Shown: positions 51,649 through 62,875 of the stretch, piece by piece
How positions within the stretch are numbered: the stretch's first letter is position 1
How the letters are laid out: each line of letters opens with the position of its first letter
Virus record (IMG/VR): IMGVR_UViG_3300046791_000499
Coordinates: 1 to 64,000 of that record
Strand: one strand, 5' to 3'
Length of the DNA stretch: 64,000 bases
Source: a virus
Made by a program: the position numbers and the translations under genes
Notes under the pieces: generated by a model
What the model saw: only the letters and a program-made list of their open reading frames with translations
What the model was told of the DNA's origin: nothing
Databases searched by the model: none

Positions 51649-53339
51649 GGTCGGTCTCCATGACGGCCATCTCATCGAGGATGAGCATGCTCGGTCGGTC
51701 GAGATGGTCGGCAATGAATCGGACCGTGAGATCCGTCGATGTGCTCCCGTCGGTCCGCCACAGGTCGACCACCGCGCTATCTGGCGCGGTGGCGGAGACC
51801 CACCCGAATCGATCCCAGCCAAGACCGTGCCAGCCATTCGCGCGCAGCCATTCCTCGACGCGCGAGCGCGTCACCCCGGCCCGCTCGACATGCTTGGCCT
51901 GGCAGGCTGCTTCGTATTCGTCACGCTCGCGCTCGAGCTGCTCGGCCCGCTGCGCGTGGTAATCACGGTCGGCGAGAAGCTCAGCAAACCAGATCTGCGG
52001 GCGGCGTCCGCAAGCGACGCGAGTACGCATGTCGGCCAGCCGTTCGGGGTTCATCGGCTTCGGTTCATTGGCCATCGTTGGTTTCCTCCGTGGCGACGGT
52101 GGTCCCCAGCGCGTTGACGTCGGCGACGTACTCTCGAGCCCAGCCGCCGTTCGTGACGCCGTCTTCCCAACGGGAGCCAGCCGCAGATCGATCGATCTCG
52201 CAGTCGTTGGCGTCGGTGATCACCCACTCGCCATTGTCGTACTCCCCGTTGTCCTGCTCGTCGTGCGGGTCGTCCAGGCTCGCCTCCCAAGGGCGAGGGG
52301 CAACGTGGTTCCTCGGCTTGGACGGCGCGCGTGAACAGGGCGTTCCAGCGCTCCATGGCGAGGACTGGCTGATGAGCCGGAGCTGCGAGAGCGAGTCGTC
52401 GAGCGACCTGAGCCTTTGCGGCTCCCGTCCGTGCCCATCATCTCGGAAAAGGAACAGCGACCACTTGTGCGGCGAGCCGCTGAACTGGGTGCGCTGCGTG
52501 AGGCGCTTGGCACTCAATCGGATCGCTGGCCACCACCCGTTCGTGCGGGCATCGCCGAGCAAGCGGCCCTGCTGGTGCTCGTCGAGCGATTCCCAGGTCA
52601 GGCGGATGAACTCGGCCAGCCAACGACGCCCGAGGGACGTCTGTTTGATCCGTGCGAGGTTCACTTCGGCGCCCACTTTCCGCGACCGAACATCGCCTCC
52701 ATGGCATCGATGCTTTCCGACGTACCGAAGTGCCGCTCGAGCGCGATGCAGGTCTCAGGCGTTAGCGCTCCACGCGGAGCCGGCCGGCCGGTCGGAGCAC
52801 CGGGCCACTTGCTCCTCCGGTTTGTGCCGCAGCCAATCTCGCGCGTGTCGGTCCGTCGCCACTTCCGGCCGTTGTCCGCGATGTAGTAGGTCGAGGTCGC
52901 CTTGACGATGGTGGCCTGGCCGATGACGGCGTTGCCCTGCCATTGGTCGACGAGGTCGACGACGAGCGACTCGGTCGCGCTCACGCGTCACCGTCTTTGC
53001 GCTTCGAGCGTTCGGCGAGCGCCCACCCCAAGGTGAAGAGACCGGCGAAGATCAACGCGTCAACGATCTGTTCGAGCATGGCGAGGCTACCGGGCTGTGC
53101 GCCCGCGCATTCCAGTCACGCCGGCCGGGCGATCGTGACCGGGTACCGAGCCCCGTCGAAGTCCGAGCCCTTGCGCAGCAGCACGCCGTCAGCGTCGAAG
53201 CACACGTCACCTGGGTGCATCCATGTCCCGGCCTTGTTGATCCAGTCCTGCTTGGACGCGAAGGTGCGCCAGACGTGCTGGTCGCTGAGCATGTCGAACC
53301 CCGTCGGCGCGTAGCCGACCAGCGCTTGCTCGAGCCCGG

Positions 53340-54287
53340 TCATGCGTCGACCCTTCGCATGTTTTGGTACACGCCGCGATGCACTCCTCGAGCGATCGTG
53401 AGATTCCCGAGCGAGCCGAACTCGCGGGCGAAGGCACGTACGCTGATCGCATGGTCGGGCGCCTTGCCGACCGAGATCAGTTTCTCGAACACCTTGGGAT
53501 CCAGCGGTCCGCGAGCGCGAAATCGCTTGGCCCCGAGCACGGCCTCGGCATCGGCCAGCCACCCGTCCTTGCCGTCTTCTTTGCCCATCGACGCAACGGC
53601 GACGCGTACCAGTTCGCGGAGGGCCTCGAGTTCGGCGCGCGGATCGTGCTCGTGCGAAATGGGATCCGCCCAAAATGCCACGAGCGATGGGAACGGTGCC
53701 GGCTGCGGCTTCCCGTTCTTCCCAAGTTCGGGACCGACGGCGAGCCCGGGACCAACCGAGACGAACGGCGGCGGCAGATCATCGTCGGTCGCGAGCGGGA
53801 ACCACCGGCGAAGGTAGTACCGCTCGCTCTCGCCGTCCTTGGGCGGACCAGCATCGCTGCGGTCGAGCGGTATCGGCAGCCAGAATGTGAGCCTCCCGCC
53901 AACGTGGACCCACGCGTCGGCGGTGCCGAAGATGTGGCGCTGGCACCATTCGGTGTCGTCTCGTGCGGGCAGCAAGGCGATCCCAGGCACGCCTACCGAG
54001 CGGCCCCAGTACGCCTGCTTGGCTGTCCACTTCTTGATGTTGGTCCCGTACTCGGGGTTGTTGTAGAAGCAGTTGGCCTCGGACCATCGGAACGAGAGGC
54101 CGTCTCGCCCGTCCTCGCCGTCGAGCACCAGATGCGCGCCAACCTGCGAGGCATCGTTGCTTCCGGGGTCGAGCAGCCGACGACCGCAGCCGCGAGGCAC
54201 CAGAACTCGCCGCATCGGTTCGAGTATGTCCGGCGGCGAACAATAATGGATGTTGTTGCTCGTCATGAGCGCGGTCAAATTGGCCAT
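53340..54287 (-). CDS. Phage Dam-like N6-adenine methyltransferase
   Basis: SPPDI, LLDPG, DGLSFRW, NNPEYG (NPPY variant), LLPARDDT.W, GRLTF, APFPS. Confidence 0.8.
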   Translation of the reverse strand: MANLTALMTSNNIHYCSPPDILEPMRRVLVPRGCGRRLLDPGSNDASQVGAHLVLDGEDGRDGLSFRWSEANCFYNNPEYGTNIKKWTAKQAYWGRSVGVPGIALLPARDDTEWCQRHIFGTADAWVHVGGRLTFWLPIPLDRSDAGPPKDGESERYYLRRWFPLATDDDLPPPFVSVGPGLAVGPELGKNGKPQPAPFPSLVAFWADPISHEHDPRAELEALRELVRVAVASMGKEDGKDGWLADAEAVLGAKRFRARGPLDPKVFEKLISVGKAPDHAISVRAFAREFGSLGNLTIARGVHRGVYQNMRRVDA

Positions 54288-54718
54288 TAGGAGACTCCTT
54301 CGAGCAGGTTTTCGAGGCCCGGCATGGGCAGGTAAAGGAACGATTGCGGTGGTCGGAACGAAAGCCCGCGCTCCGCAGCTCGGGCACGAGGGTCAATCGG
54401 GATCGTGTAGCGCTTGGGGTCGAACACCTCGAACGCGCTGGCGACCTCGAGTCCGGCGAAGTACGCGTCGAACTGCGAGCGCGTGATCCCGGCGTAGTCA
54501 CGGGTCTCCGCCCACAGGGCGTCAGGCTCGTCTTGCAGGACCCGCGCGACCTCGAACTCGCCGACGATCCTGCCGACGCTGCGCGAGGCGTACATCGTCA
54601 CGTGCCTCGGGATCTTGGCTGGCATGACGCGTCGGAACTCGAAGAGCTTGCGGCACTCCAAGATCCCCTCGGCGTGTACGGGCAGGATCGAGATGAGGAT
54701 GCGGATGGCGTCAGGCAT
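54287..54718 (-). CDS. ASCH/PUA-like domain protein
   Basis: ILISILP..AE.IL...K.FEFRR, YAS..V.RIVGEF, PPQSF.Y. Confidence 0.85.
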   Translation of the reverse strand: MPDAIRILISILPVHAEGILECRKLFEFRRVMPAKIPRHVTMYASRSVGRIVGEFEVARVLQDEPDALWAETRDYAGITRSQFDAYFAGLEVASAFEVFDPKRYTIPIDPRARAAERGLSFRPPQSFLYLPMPGLENLLEGVS

Positions 54719-55794
54719 CGCTCGCTCCCGTCTCTGGCACCACGCACCACGAGGCTCCCGAGCACCGCTTGATCTTCCCGGCATTGCGCTGGTCCTGGAT
54801 CACCCGGTCAGCGATCCGATCGCACAGACGGTGCCGGTCGTAGACCGACAGGCCCGGGGTCTCGTGGAGCGCTCGGTCGACTGCCTTCAAGACGTCCCGC
54901 GCCGCGAAGGGGCCGGCCAGCATCCGGGCGATCGCGGCGTCGATGATCGCCTGCCGGATCTCGATCCCGTTGACCCTCATGGCGGGTCCTCAATTGGGCA
55001 GCCGTCGTCGTCGAACGGGTATGGCTCGTTGGTCGAGTCGCCGCAGTGATCGAAGTCTTCCCATCGCCCGGACGAACACAGCACCGGGGCGGTGGGTGCC
55101 GTCGTCATTCGCGGCGATGTGAGCAGGCGGCTCAGCGACCGCTCGCAGTGATCCACGAAGTCAGCGAACGAGCCCTTGTGCGCAACGTCGACCAGCCAAC
55201 TACTCCCACCGCGAGCGTCCTCGGCGTAGCCATACGGCAGCACTAGCGTGAAGCGATCGGCCTCAACCACAAGCCGGGGCTTGAACACGGTCCTGGCATT
55301 CGGGTGATGGCGGTTGTGCGACTTGGCCAGTGTGCGACCGGCGACAGCGAACAGGGCATCGACGCGTCGGTGCATTGCGTTGTCGCTGTGGTCTGGACCG
55401 CCGCCCACGTAGTGCGGGAAGACGACCATGCGCTTCTCGGAGAGGCCGATCCGGTTCTCCTCACGCCAGCGATACACGCCAGCGTGGCAGAACGGCTCGA
55501 GGATGGCGGAGGCGAACCGCTCGCGCAGTTGCCCAACCCAGCCGGCCGTGAAGCCGTCAACCCCGACGAAGCCGACGCAGGTTGGCTTGCCAGACAAGCA
55601 CGCAAGCACGCCCTGGTACTCACTCCCTGTTCGCACCATCCATTGAAAGATGCCGAACGCCTCTTGGATGCTGACGTTCAGGAACGCGTTTCCGTGTGCT
55701 GGTCGTAGGAAATCAACCCACGCGACCCGGCGACTCCGTTTCGGAGAGCGCGGCGCGAAGTCGAGGCCGGCCTTGTGCCAGAATACGTGGAGGC

Positions 55795-56277
55795 TCATGT
55801 TCGCTTGCTCCGAATCACCGGCAGCGGAGGGTCGCCCGCCAGCAGGGTCAGCTCATGGAATTCGTCGGGCTCGTAGAGGCGCCACCCGGATTCATGGAAC
55901 AGCCAGATCCCTCGGATGCGCGAGTCGGCGAGGATGATTCGGGAGCACTGCCAACACGAAGGTCCTCCACCCGGAACGAGCAAGCCGTTGATGGTTTTGA
56001 CATGGACCAGATAGGCCGCGTCGCCGAACATCGGCCCGTCGAACCTTTGCGCGAGCGCGGCCTGCTCGGCGTGGATGCACAACTTCGCGCACGCTGCCTT
56101 GCACTCGTCGCTGCCGTCGCACGCGAACCCGGGCGGCTGCGCGTTGTGACCGGACGCGACGATGTGCGGATGCGGGTAGGCTCGGTAGGCCGCGACCCCG
56201 CGCTTGGACTTCGCGCACGGAGACTTGTTGGCCTCCGTGATCGCGCGAAGGATGGCGATCTCTGGCGGGGCGTTCAT
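55795..56277 (-). CDS. dCMP/cytidine deaminase-like protein
   Basis: SPC..KRG, GHN, CIHAEQAA, PSCWQCSRII. Confidence 0.85.
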   Translation of the reverse strand: MNAPPEIAILRAITEANKSPCAKSKRGVAAYRAYPHPHIVASGHNAQPPGFACDGSDECKAACAKLCIHAEQAALAQRFDGPMFGDAAYLVHVKTINGLLVPGGGPSCWQCSRIILADSRIRGIWLFHESGWRLYEPDEFHELTLLAGDPPLPVIRSKRT

Positions 56278-57032
56278 GGGGCTTGGCCTCCCGCGGGTGG
56301 CTCGAGCCCAGGTCGCATGCTGGTACTCGCGCCGGTCTCGTGACCGTGCCAGTTCAGACAGGCAGCCGCGACCGTGACAATGTGGTGAAGCATCTTCGCG
56401 CGGTCGTCAGCCTTCCATGCAGCGAGGGCCTTGCCGGCGAGATAGCCGAGTAGCCAGAACCAGTCTGGTGCGGTCTTGCCTGCATCGTGGGCTGTGCCCC
56501 AACGTCCGCGCTGGTGCTCGGCCTCGAACATGACGGCCTCGACAAATTTGGCGGTGTGCGGGGTGTTGATCTCGGCGCGGAGCCGCGCGAGTTCGGCCTC
56601 GGCAGCATCGGCGCGGGCGGTCTCGCGGTCAGCCCATTCGACCCAAGGATGGGCGGCCAGGTGCTCGGGGATATCGGGACGCTGCATGCTCATGATGCGA
56701 CTCCTGCTTCTTCGCAGAGGGCACCGCCGTCAGTTCGCCGAAGCGGACCGAAGTGGATATCGATCGAGATCAGCAGGTCGACCGGCAGCGGCAAGAGGAT
56801 GAGCATCTCCAGCGCGCGGAGGCGCCACGCGTCGACGCGATCCCGGACCCAGTCGAGCAGGGCTTCCCGGTCGACGTCGGTCATGGCCTCGGGGTCGGAG
56901 AGCCACGCCTCGGCGAGCGCTCGTGTTTCGATAGGGACGGCTGGCAGTACCACGTGGCGCTCTACAGCACGTCGCGGTGGGACATTCCTGGCCGCTCGGA
57001 ATGCCGCACCCAGGAGCCGGGTCAGCTCGCAC

Positions 57033-57452
57033 ATGTCCGTCTGGTACGCCGTCGTCGAGCATCTCGGGACCATCAACGAACTCGCTGGCCAAGAGGTCAA
57101 GATCTCGGCCGTGCGCATGTGGCACGACGGCCGCGCACAAGGCAGCTACGCCCACGATGCCGTGGCCAAACTCGCCGAGGGCCGAGCCTGGTGCCGCGTG
57201 TTCCCGACCGGATCCCAGGTCCCGACTCGGGGCGGCATCATGCGGGTGCGAACCGGCTTCGGGGTCGGAGCCACCTACGCGGACATGCTCAGCGCCGACG
57301 AGATGCTCGAGCGCGTCAAGACCGAGTTGGAGACCGAGCGCGAGGCCAGGCGGACAGCCGAGAGCGAGCGCGATGCCCTGCTCGCGGAAGTCCAGCGCTG
57401 GCGGGAACGGGCATCCGAGCGCGCGGCCGACCTCGCCGAAGCTCACGCCTGA
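57033..57452 (+). CDS. Hypothetical protein with C-terminal coiled coil (single plus-strand gene in a minus block)
   Basis: ATG 7 nt after a GGAAT-N17-GGTCAG motif. Confidence 0.6.
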   Translation: MSVWYAVVEHLGTINELAGQEVKISAVRMWHDGRAQGSYAHDAVAKLAEGRAWCRVFPTGSQVPTRGGIMRVRTGFGVGATYADMLSADEMLERVKTELETEREARRTAESERDALLAEVQRWRERASERAADLAEAHA

Positions 57453-58294
57453 TCGGGCAGACCCGCGATCGGACCGGCCACGACCCTGTTCTTGGCGGCC
57501 TCGGCCATCTGGTAGGCCGTGACCTCGTGGTGCAGTTTAGTCAGCCTCGGCAGCAACGCTTGGTTGGTGCTGTTGAGCGTGCTCAGCAGCGCGTGCGTGA
57601 ACCCGCGCCCCTCCGCGACGGATGCGTAGAGGTCATCGAATACGCGCGCGAACTCGGGCGCGATGCTGTCCGACTCGTAGTTGCCGGCCTGGGTGCGGCT
57701 CTCCGGCTTGACCGCAGCAATCGCAGCCTCGACATCACCCTGGCCAATCCACCCGAGCACCGAGGCGATGACCTGGCCTGGCCGCTCGACCACCGCATCG
57801 TAGGTCTGCAGGTGGAACGGCAGCTTGCGCAGGCTGATATCCCGCACCAACGCGAAGTTCTCCATCCACCATTCGAGTACGGGTGGGAAGCGGATCACGG
57901 TGGCTGGGTCAATGTCTGGCCGGCTCGCATCCTCGAGCGCGTAGAGCCTCACCATCGACGCCTCGTAGTCTCGCCACGAGCGGACGTTGGCGATCAGGTG
58001 GGAGATGAACGCCCGCTCCGATCGAATGAGTCCGGGGACGAACACCTTGACCGCATAGCCGTCGACCTCCTCGGGCGTGAAGTAGCGGCCCGTGGCGGGG
58101 TGTGGGTTGGTCGCGAAGTAGACGCCTTGGCGAAGCAGTGGGCTCTCGTAGAACCCGTAGCGGTTGGCCTCTCGCAGCGGGACCGCTCCCCAGTTGCGGG
58201 GGAACGGCTCGCCGAGAACGGGGATGCCAGCAGCTCGGAGTGCCTGCATCCACATGGACGTGCCGCTGCGCTTGGTGCCGGAGACGAAGATCAT
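57443..58294 (-). CDS. Sulfotransferase-family P-loop protein
   Basis: FVSGTKRSGTSMWMQAL (PAPS-binding loop), N..GFYE, YDAVVERP. Confidence 0.8.
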   Translation of the reverse strand: MIFVSGTKRSGTSMWMQALRAAGIPVLGEPFPRNWGAVPLREANRYGFYESPLLRQGVYFATNPHPATGRYFTPEEVDGYAVKVFVPGLIRSERAFISHLIANVRSWRDYEASMVRLYALEDASRPDIDPATVIRFPPVLEWWMENFALVRDISLRKLPFHLQTYDAVVERPGQVIASVLGWIGQGDVEAAIAAVKPESRTQAGNYESDSIAPEFARVFDDLYASVAEGRGFTHALLSTLNSTNQALLPRLTKLHHEVTAYQMAEAAKNRVVAGPIAGLPDQA

Positions 58295-59135
58295 GGTCTC
58301 CGGCTTGAAGTCCCGATGCGCGCGAACGCCCCGAGCACGATGGCCAGGGCGCGCAGGAACTCGGCGACGGCTCCGATGGTGGACGCGGCACCCGAGCCAG
58401 GCAGGAGTTGCTCACCGACGAACGTGTAGATGCCCGCGGGGTGATAGCCCTGGACTCGAACGCCGGAGGCCGCGTGGGTGACCATGACGTGCAGACGCTC
58501 GCCCGCACCTTCGATCCGCCAGATGACCTTGGAGTAGACCCGGAAGACACCGGGGAGCGAATTGCCGTAGCCGGCGAGGTCGTCGGACTGCGCGGTGGCG
58601 GTGAGGCCCCCCAATGTGATCGGTTCCATGGAGAGCTAACCGAGGCGGTCGCGGGTTATTTCGTCTTGGTGAAGTCTGCGTCTGCGGCTTCGGCAACCCA
58701 GTTGAGCGCCTCGCGGGGAATGCTGCAGACCTGCTCGGCACCCTTGAAGACCGCCAGTGATGTGGCAGTAGCGGACAGGCACATGCGATCGTAGGGCCTC
58801 TCCAATTGCACCACACCGCCGGAGCGGCGTGCGATCTCCCAACCCTCGGGAACCGCCGGCTCGTCAGACAGCAACGGACCCACGTCGTCGGGGATGAGCG
58901 AGGCCACGAGGTCACACGCCGTCCCCTCGCACCCCAACGACTGGCGCAGTTCATCGCGCAGTTTGGCGGCGTAGTCGATCGTGGCCTTCGCGGCGAAGCC
59001 CTCCTCGCGCGTCTCGGATTCGGCGCGAAAGCGGTCCATTAGGTGCTCGAGGATGTTGGCCGCCAGGTGGCGTTGGGTGGAGCTGAGTTCGGTCATCGTC
59101 TGGCCAACCACTCAAACCGGTGTTGTCTTCCCGTC

Positions 59136-59573
59136 CTACTCGGCGGCCTCGCTGGCCTCGACAGGTACCGGGGCGCAGCGCGACACCAGCCGGGCGCGGA
59201 TCGTAGCGACGGCCAAGCTGAGCGCGTCGTCGCTGACCATGAGTTCTTCGATGCGCTTGCAGGCGTTGACCACCGTCGAGTGATCCTTGCCTCCGAAGCG
59301 CAGCCCGACCTCGGCATAGCTCGCCGTGGTCAACTGCCGGCACAAGTACATCCCGACCATGCGCGGGCGCACGATCGCTTGATGCTTCCGCTTGCTCCGA
59401 AGATCCGCCATGTGGAGGTTGAAGTAGGCGACGACGGCTTTCTGGACCGTCTCGATCTCGATCTCCGCGGGGCCTCGCCGTTCGGTCCGAGCCCAATGCT
59501 CAGCCCACGCGACCAGGGCCTCGCGGCTGGTGAAGATGATCGAGCCGTCGGGCATCACGAGATGGCTGATCAC
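59136..59573 (-). CDS. Stand-alone DnaA domain IV (DnaA-box-binding HTH) protein
   Basis: IETVQKAVVAYFNL..LRSKRK..IVRPRMVGMYLCRQLT.SYAEVGLRFGGKDHSTV..A. Confidence 0.9.
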   Translation of the reverse strand: MISHLVMPDGSIIFTSREALVAWAEHWARTERRGPAEIEIETVQKAVVAYFNLHMADLRSKRKHQAIVRPRMVGMYLCRQLTTASYAEVGLRFGGKDHSTVVNACKRIEELMVSDDALSLAVATIRARLVSRCAPVPVEASEAAE

Positions 59574-60386
59574 GGAGCGACCTCGAGACCGGCAATCTCG
59601 CCCGCCGCGCTGACCGGCTCGGGCCGCACGCGGACCCATGGCGCCCGCCGATTGGCCCGAGTCCATCGACCACTTCGACGCAGCGTCCGGGCGATCCACA
59701 TGCGGCGCGCGAGATTCATGTCCACGTTCTCGTACTGCCAGACCAGGTGTTCCTCACTCTGGTGTAGCTTCTCGAAGCGCACGTGGTCGAACAAGCCGCG
59801 TTGTTTCGCCCATGCGCGGAACGAGTCGTCGGTGCCGAAGCAGGACGACCAGTCGAACTCTGGCACGGACGGGGTGATCTCAGCGGTGGCCATGGCTCCG
59901 GGTGAACAGCAGCCCCGCGGGGATCTTCCCGGGGCGCGGATCTGCGCGCGTTCGGAATGTGCCGGCCTCGGCCGCGGTCGAGCACGTCGTGACCGTGAGC
60001 AACGCAACGATCCGAGAATTGGAGGAGGCTGCGAGCGCAGCCGTCCAGGCGATGAACGACAAGGCCGACATGCTCGAGCGCGAGGGCCACGGCGCCGCCG
60101 CCCAAAGCCTGCGCCTGGCTGCCGTCACCTTGGACCTGGCCGGGACCGAATGCTCACGCGAGCGTCTCGGCTCCGAGTCCGAGCTGCGCGAGGAGGTTGA
60201 AGCCGAGCGCTTGGGCTCCAATGAGATCGCCACCGCGCTGCAAACTGCCCGCGAGCTGAATCACAACATCCGGGTGGGGCAGTTGATGGTGGTCGCCTCG
60301 GGCAACGAGCAAGAGACCCGACGCCTGTTCTACATGAGCGACGTCGACCTGGCTGCTGCCTTGCGCTCGACGGGGAAGATCGGCCG

Positions 60387-60668
60387 ATGACCCGAGAACT
60401 ATCCGAGGGCGTGTGCGCGGCGACCGGGCGCATCCTCGCGTTCCTCCAAGCCCGGCCGGCATCGACCGAGGAACTTGCGGAGAAATCATCGAAGCCAACG
60501 GTTCACCGAGCACTCCGAGCCATGCGTGCCGCGGGGGCAGAGCTGACCTTCAACCGCATGACCGGGACGTGGGCGCTCGTGAAGCCATGGTCGCGACCGC
60601 CATCGCTGCTCACCCGCGCCGAACTCGTGGCAATTGCTGAGCGACGATCGGAGGATGGACGGCGATGA
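60387..60668 (+). CDS. Small winged-HTH protein
   Basis: RILAFLQ...TEELAE..SKPTVHRALRAMR. Confidence 0.6.
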   Translation: MTRELSEGVCAATGRILAFLQARPASTEELAEKSSKPTVHRALRAMRAAGAELTFNRMTGTWALVKPWSRPPSLLTRAELVAIAERRSEDGRR

Positions 60669-60855
60669 AGGTGACCTCGATCCATGTGGCTTTCCTCCGC
60701 CGGCTCGACGATGGCGAGCGCATCTCAGCCGAGTGGGTGGCTCCCGAGTTGGCCGATCTCGCGATATGGGGGCTTGCGTCTTGGGCTGACGACATCGCCA
60801 TCACGCCGGCAGGCCGGGCCGCGCTCGCGCTCTACGAGATGGCGAGGCAGCAGAC

Positions 60856-62019
60856 ATGAAGGCCAGCCACGGCGAGGCGCTGGTACGGTGGCGCGAGCAG
60901 GCGGCTCAGATGATCGTGCGCTCCGGCGCTTGCTGGAACGTCATGACCGGACCCATCCACGGCATACACGATCGGACCGTGACCGCGGTGCTCGACGGCT
61001 CGATCCGGTTCGACGTCGAACGCGTCCGAACCAAGTGCGAGAAGCTCATCGCGGAGAGCAAGGCCGCCGAGGAGACGTGGGTCGTGTACACCGACTGGCT
61101 GCGAGCGTGCGGCTGGCACGAGGGCCTGGTCGCCGAAACGTACCAGCGCATGTTCCAGCACTTGCCCACGCGGTCCAAGGCCGAACGCCTCGCGCGAACG
61201 GCCATCCTGCGCGCTGGCGTCGGCCTTCTCGGGCGTTGCTTCGGTCCCGAGCACGAGGCCCTGCGCGACCTGTGGGCGGCCGGACCCGGCCAAGGCAAGC
61301 GGCCGGTGATGCCTGCCGACGCGATCGCCACCGCTCGAACCGCTCGACGCTTGCTCGCCACGCTCGAAGGTCGATGCCCGTGGGCTCGCCTCGCGAGCGC
61401 GCAGTCGAGCAGGTGCAAGACCTGCCATGGCGAGGGCGAGTTCTTCTCGACCGCGGCGCCTCGAGACGAGCATGGGATCATGGGCATGGCGAAGTGCCCA
61501 GAGTGCCGCACGACCGGCCACAACCTAGCCGGGTTCCTCCCGCCGCTCGAGCACACGCCGGCTCTCCTCCGCCACGCGCGGGACATTCAAGACCGGGCTC
61601 GACCCGGCCGCGGCTTGCCACGGTGGATGCTCGCCCTCGGGGTCACCACGGCGGACGCCACACGGTGGAAGGGCGAGACCCGTGTCGGGATGCGGCGCGG
61701 CGCGAGCGAAGAGTTGCCCGATGACCAACGCGTGGCCGAGCGGGAGCGCCACCGCGATCTTCTCGCGCATCGGTCAATGGAAGGGCACACCACCCGCCAG
61801 ATCGAAGGCGAGATCCGGCATCTGCGGATCCAGGTCGAGCGAGCCCACCATCGCATCCAACGAGGCGCCGAAGACGAATGGTGGCAGCGGATCCGCGCGA
61901 CGGTCGATCCGATCCTGGCCGGCACCGAGAGGCCGCGCCGGGAGAGCGATCCGGCCACGGTCATCCTGCCCGGCCAGATCCGCCCGATCTCGGTCTCCGC
62001 CACGTTCGAGATCGAGTAG
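60856..62019 (+). CDS. Hypothetical protein with CxxCxG Zn finger
   Basis: CKTCHGEG...CPECRTTG. Confidence 0.55.
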   Translation: MKASHGEALVRWREQAAQMIVRSGACWNVMTGPIHGIHDRTVTAVLDGSIRFDVERVRTKCEKLIAESKAAEETWVVYTDWLRACGWHEGLVAETYQRMFQHLPTRSKAERLARTAILRAGVGLLGRCFGPEHEALRDLWAAGPGQGKRPVMPADAIATARTARRLLATLEGRCPWARLASAQSSRCKTCHGEGEFFSTAAPRDEHGIMGMAKCPECRTTGHNLAGFLPPLEHTPALLRHARDIQDRARPGRGLPRWMLALGVTTADATRWKGETRVGMRRGASEELPDDQRVAERERHRDLLAHRSMEGHTTRQIEGEIRHLRIQVERAHHRIQRGAEDEWWQRIRATVDPILAGTERPRRESDPATVILPGQIRPISVSATFEIE

Positions 62020-62356
62020 GCCCGGAATGCGCCCGCGTTCACGCCGGTCTGGCGAGCATGGGCAAGCCTCCGACCCTCGCCGCGAACGAGCACCGCCGCG
62101 TCAGCACCAACCTCGCAAGCCGACCTCGGTGGATCCGCATCGGCGAGAGGCTTGGCTATCTCCAACTGCTCGGCGTCGACAGCATGGAGGGCTTCGACTG
62201 CGCGCTCGCGCGCGGCCTCGACTACATCGGGCACCCATGGTTCTGGTGGTTCGACACGATGGAGCACACGCATGGCCACCCCTGGCACGTCTCGTTCGTG
62301 TGGGTTGGGGTTCGCCGGCCGAAGAAAGCCAGGCTGGCGGAGAAGAGCCGGAAGCG

Positions 62357-62875
62357 ATGAAGGGCTTGGTGCCGCGTCCGTGCGAGACGATCTTCGGGCA
62401 TCGCCTCGACGATGTCCGCCGGGCTCGAGCCTGGACGATCGAGTACTTCGCCCTTCACTGCCGGGTCAGCCTCCGCACCATGGAAGAGTGGCTCCACTGC
62501 CGGGCCGAGCCGCTGATCGGCTACGCCTTCAAGACCGCGCTCGCGCTCGGGTACGACGTCGAGGATCTCGCAGACCCGAGCCTCGCCACGTTGCCGAAGC
62601 AGCGGCGCGAGGATGCGCCAGGCGAGTGGACCTTCGAGCCCAAGGGCAGCGTCAACAAGACGCAGTTCGGCGCGACCGTGCGCGAGGCCATCTTCGCCAG
62701 CGGCCGGACGATCAAGGACTTCGCCGAAGTCGTCGACGTGCATCGCAACGCGGTTGGAAAGTGGTGCACGAGCGCTGCCGAGCCACGGATCACGACAGCG
62801 ATGCGAGCCGCTCACGTGCTCGGGCTGAGCCTCCATGGGCTGTGCGAAGGCCGGGCGATTCCGCGCTCGCGCTGA
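62357..62875 (+). CDS. Tandem XRE-type HTH transcriptional regulator
   Basis: Two HTH repeats (FG..L...R..WTIEYFA...VS.RT...W; FG..V....GRTIKDFA..VDVHRNAV.KW). Confidence 0.8.
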   Translation: MKGLVPRPCETIFGHRLDDVRRARAWTIEYFALHCRVSLRTMEEWLHCRAEPLIGYAFKTALALGYDVEDLADPSLATLPKQRREDAPGEWTFEPKGSVNKTQFGATVREAIFASGRTIKDFAEVVDVHRNAVGKWCTSAAEPRITTAMRAAHVLGLSLHGLCEGRAIPRSR

